Origin: Candidatus Omnitrophota bacterium
GTDB lineage: Bacteria; Omnitrophota; Gorgyraeia; Gygaellales; Profunditerraquicolaceae
Assembly: GCA_023818655.1 (NCBI GenBank)
Contig: JAMWCI010000003.1
Span: 1 to 42,620 of the forward strand
Reading direction: 5' to 3'
Length of the DNA: 42,620 nt
In this document: in pieces, positions 42,496-42,620 of the stretch
Position numbering within the stretch: the stretch's first letter is position 1
How the letters are laid out: every line of letters starts with the position of its first letter
Translations under genes and position numbers: made by a program
The notes under the pieces: generated by a model
Told to the model about the DNA's origin: nothing
Database searches by the model: none
What the model saw: only the letters and a program-made list of their open reading frames with translations

Positions 42496-42620
42496 TATCT
42501 AGTTTTTAAAAGGGTTTTAAAAATCAAATTTTTTATCACAGACTTAATATCCTCCATATCCATTTCACTAACTCTGAAGTGCATCTTTATAATATTAAAC
42601 TGCATCATTCCCAAGAGATT
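42495..42620 (-). CDS. 3' end of an upstream ORF of unknown function (partial)
   Basis: An open frame runs from the window edge: ...NLLGMMQFNIIKMHFRVSEMDMEDIKSVIKNLIFKTLLKTR*. Its TAA overlaps the TolC ATG (TAATG). It is too short to assign. Confidence 0.3.
   Translation of the reverse strand, partial: NLLGMMQFNIIKMHFRVSEMDMEDIKSVIKNLIFKTLLKTR

Noticed and set aside
1-42620. I looked for CRISPR arrays, rRNA genes, intact transposases or integrases, and tandem repeats.
   Set aside because: I saw no regularly spaced direct repeats, no rRNA-like conserved blocks and no intact recombinase ORF. The only recombinase-like sequence is the decayed relic at 15191-15394.

Overview
AT-rich bacterial chromosomal window with diderm features (TolC, SPOR, PlsC). 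Almost everything is transcribed on the minus strand; only two glycosyltransferase genes are on plus.

Left third (1-14.4 kb) is housekeeping: accD (partial), DUF1015, VanZ and FmdB, then a full heat-shock block. That block is hrcA-grpE-dnaK-dnaJ behind a sigma70-like promoter and a near-perfect CIRCE operator, followed by an HspR-like MerR gene plus clpB with a second CIRCE-like repeat. hflX, miaA, a TPR/SPOR protein and a TRAM-less miaB-type methylthiotransferase complete this part.

The centre (about 14.3-23.2 kb) is accessory.
- (a) A DUF3841-like cassette is bracketed by an 18-bp direct repeat that lies in the miaB 5' end.
- (b) It is followed by an orphan methylthiotransferase 5' relic and a decayed serine-recombinase relic.
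- (c) A four-gene operon encodes two DNA methyltransferases plus two small partner proteins. It is flanked by ~350/460-bp imperfect inverted repeats, each fusing another methylthiotransferase 5' relic to GC-rich hairpin-dense sequence.
- (d) A RiPP-type operon encodes an HprK-like kinase, a PqqD-like RRE, a radical SAM/SPASM enzyme and a nucleotidyltransferase. I found in it an untracked 48-codon ORF with a strong RBS, a PqqA-like KPA leader motif, three Cys and a C-terminal Ser-Ser. This is my best candidate for an undescribed system.

The right part carries a GroES-like gene, nitroreductase, thioesterase, Sir2, DUF362-ferredoxin/NIL and a hydrolase. It continues with a GT-C-like/GT2 pair, plsC, a TPR-CPBP fusion and a frameshifted DNA-repair radical SAM gene. 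It ends with a TolC-HlyD-2xATPase-2xABC-2 permease exporter.

No rRNA, tRNA or CRISPR array was recognised. Promoter, terminator and ncRNA calls rest only on by-eye motif matching.
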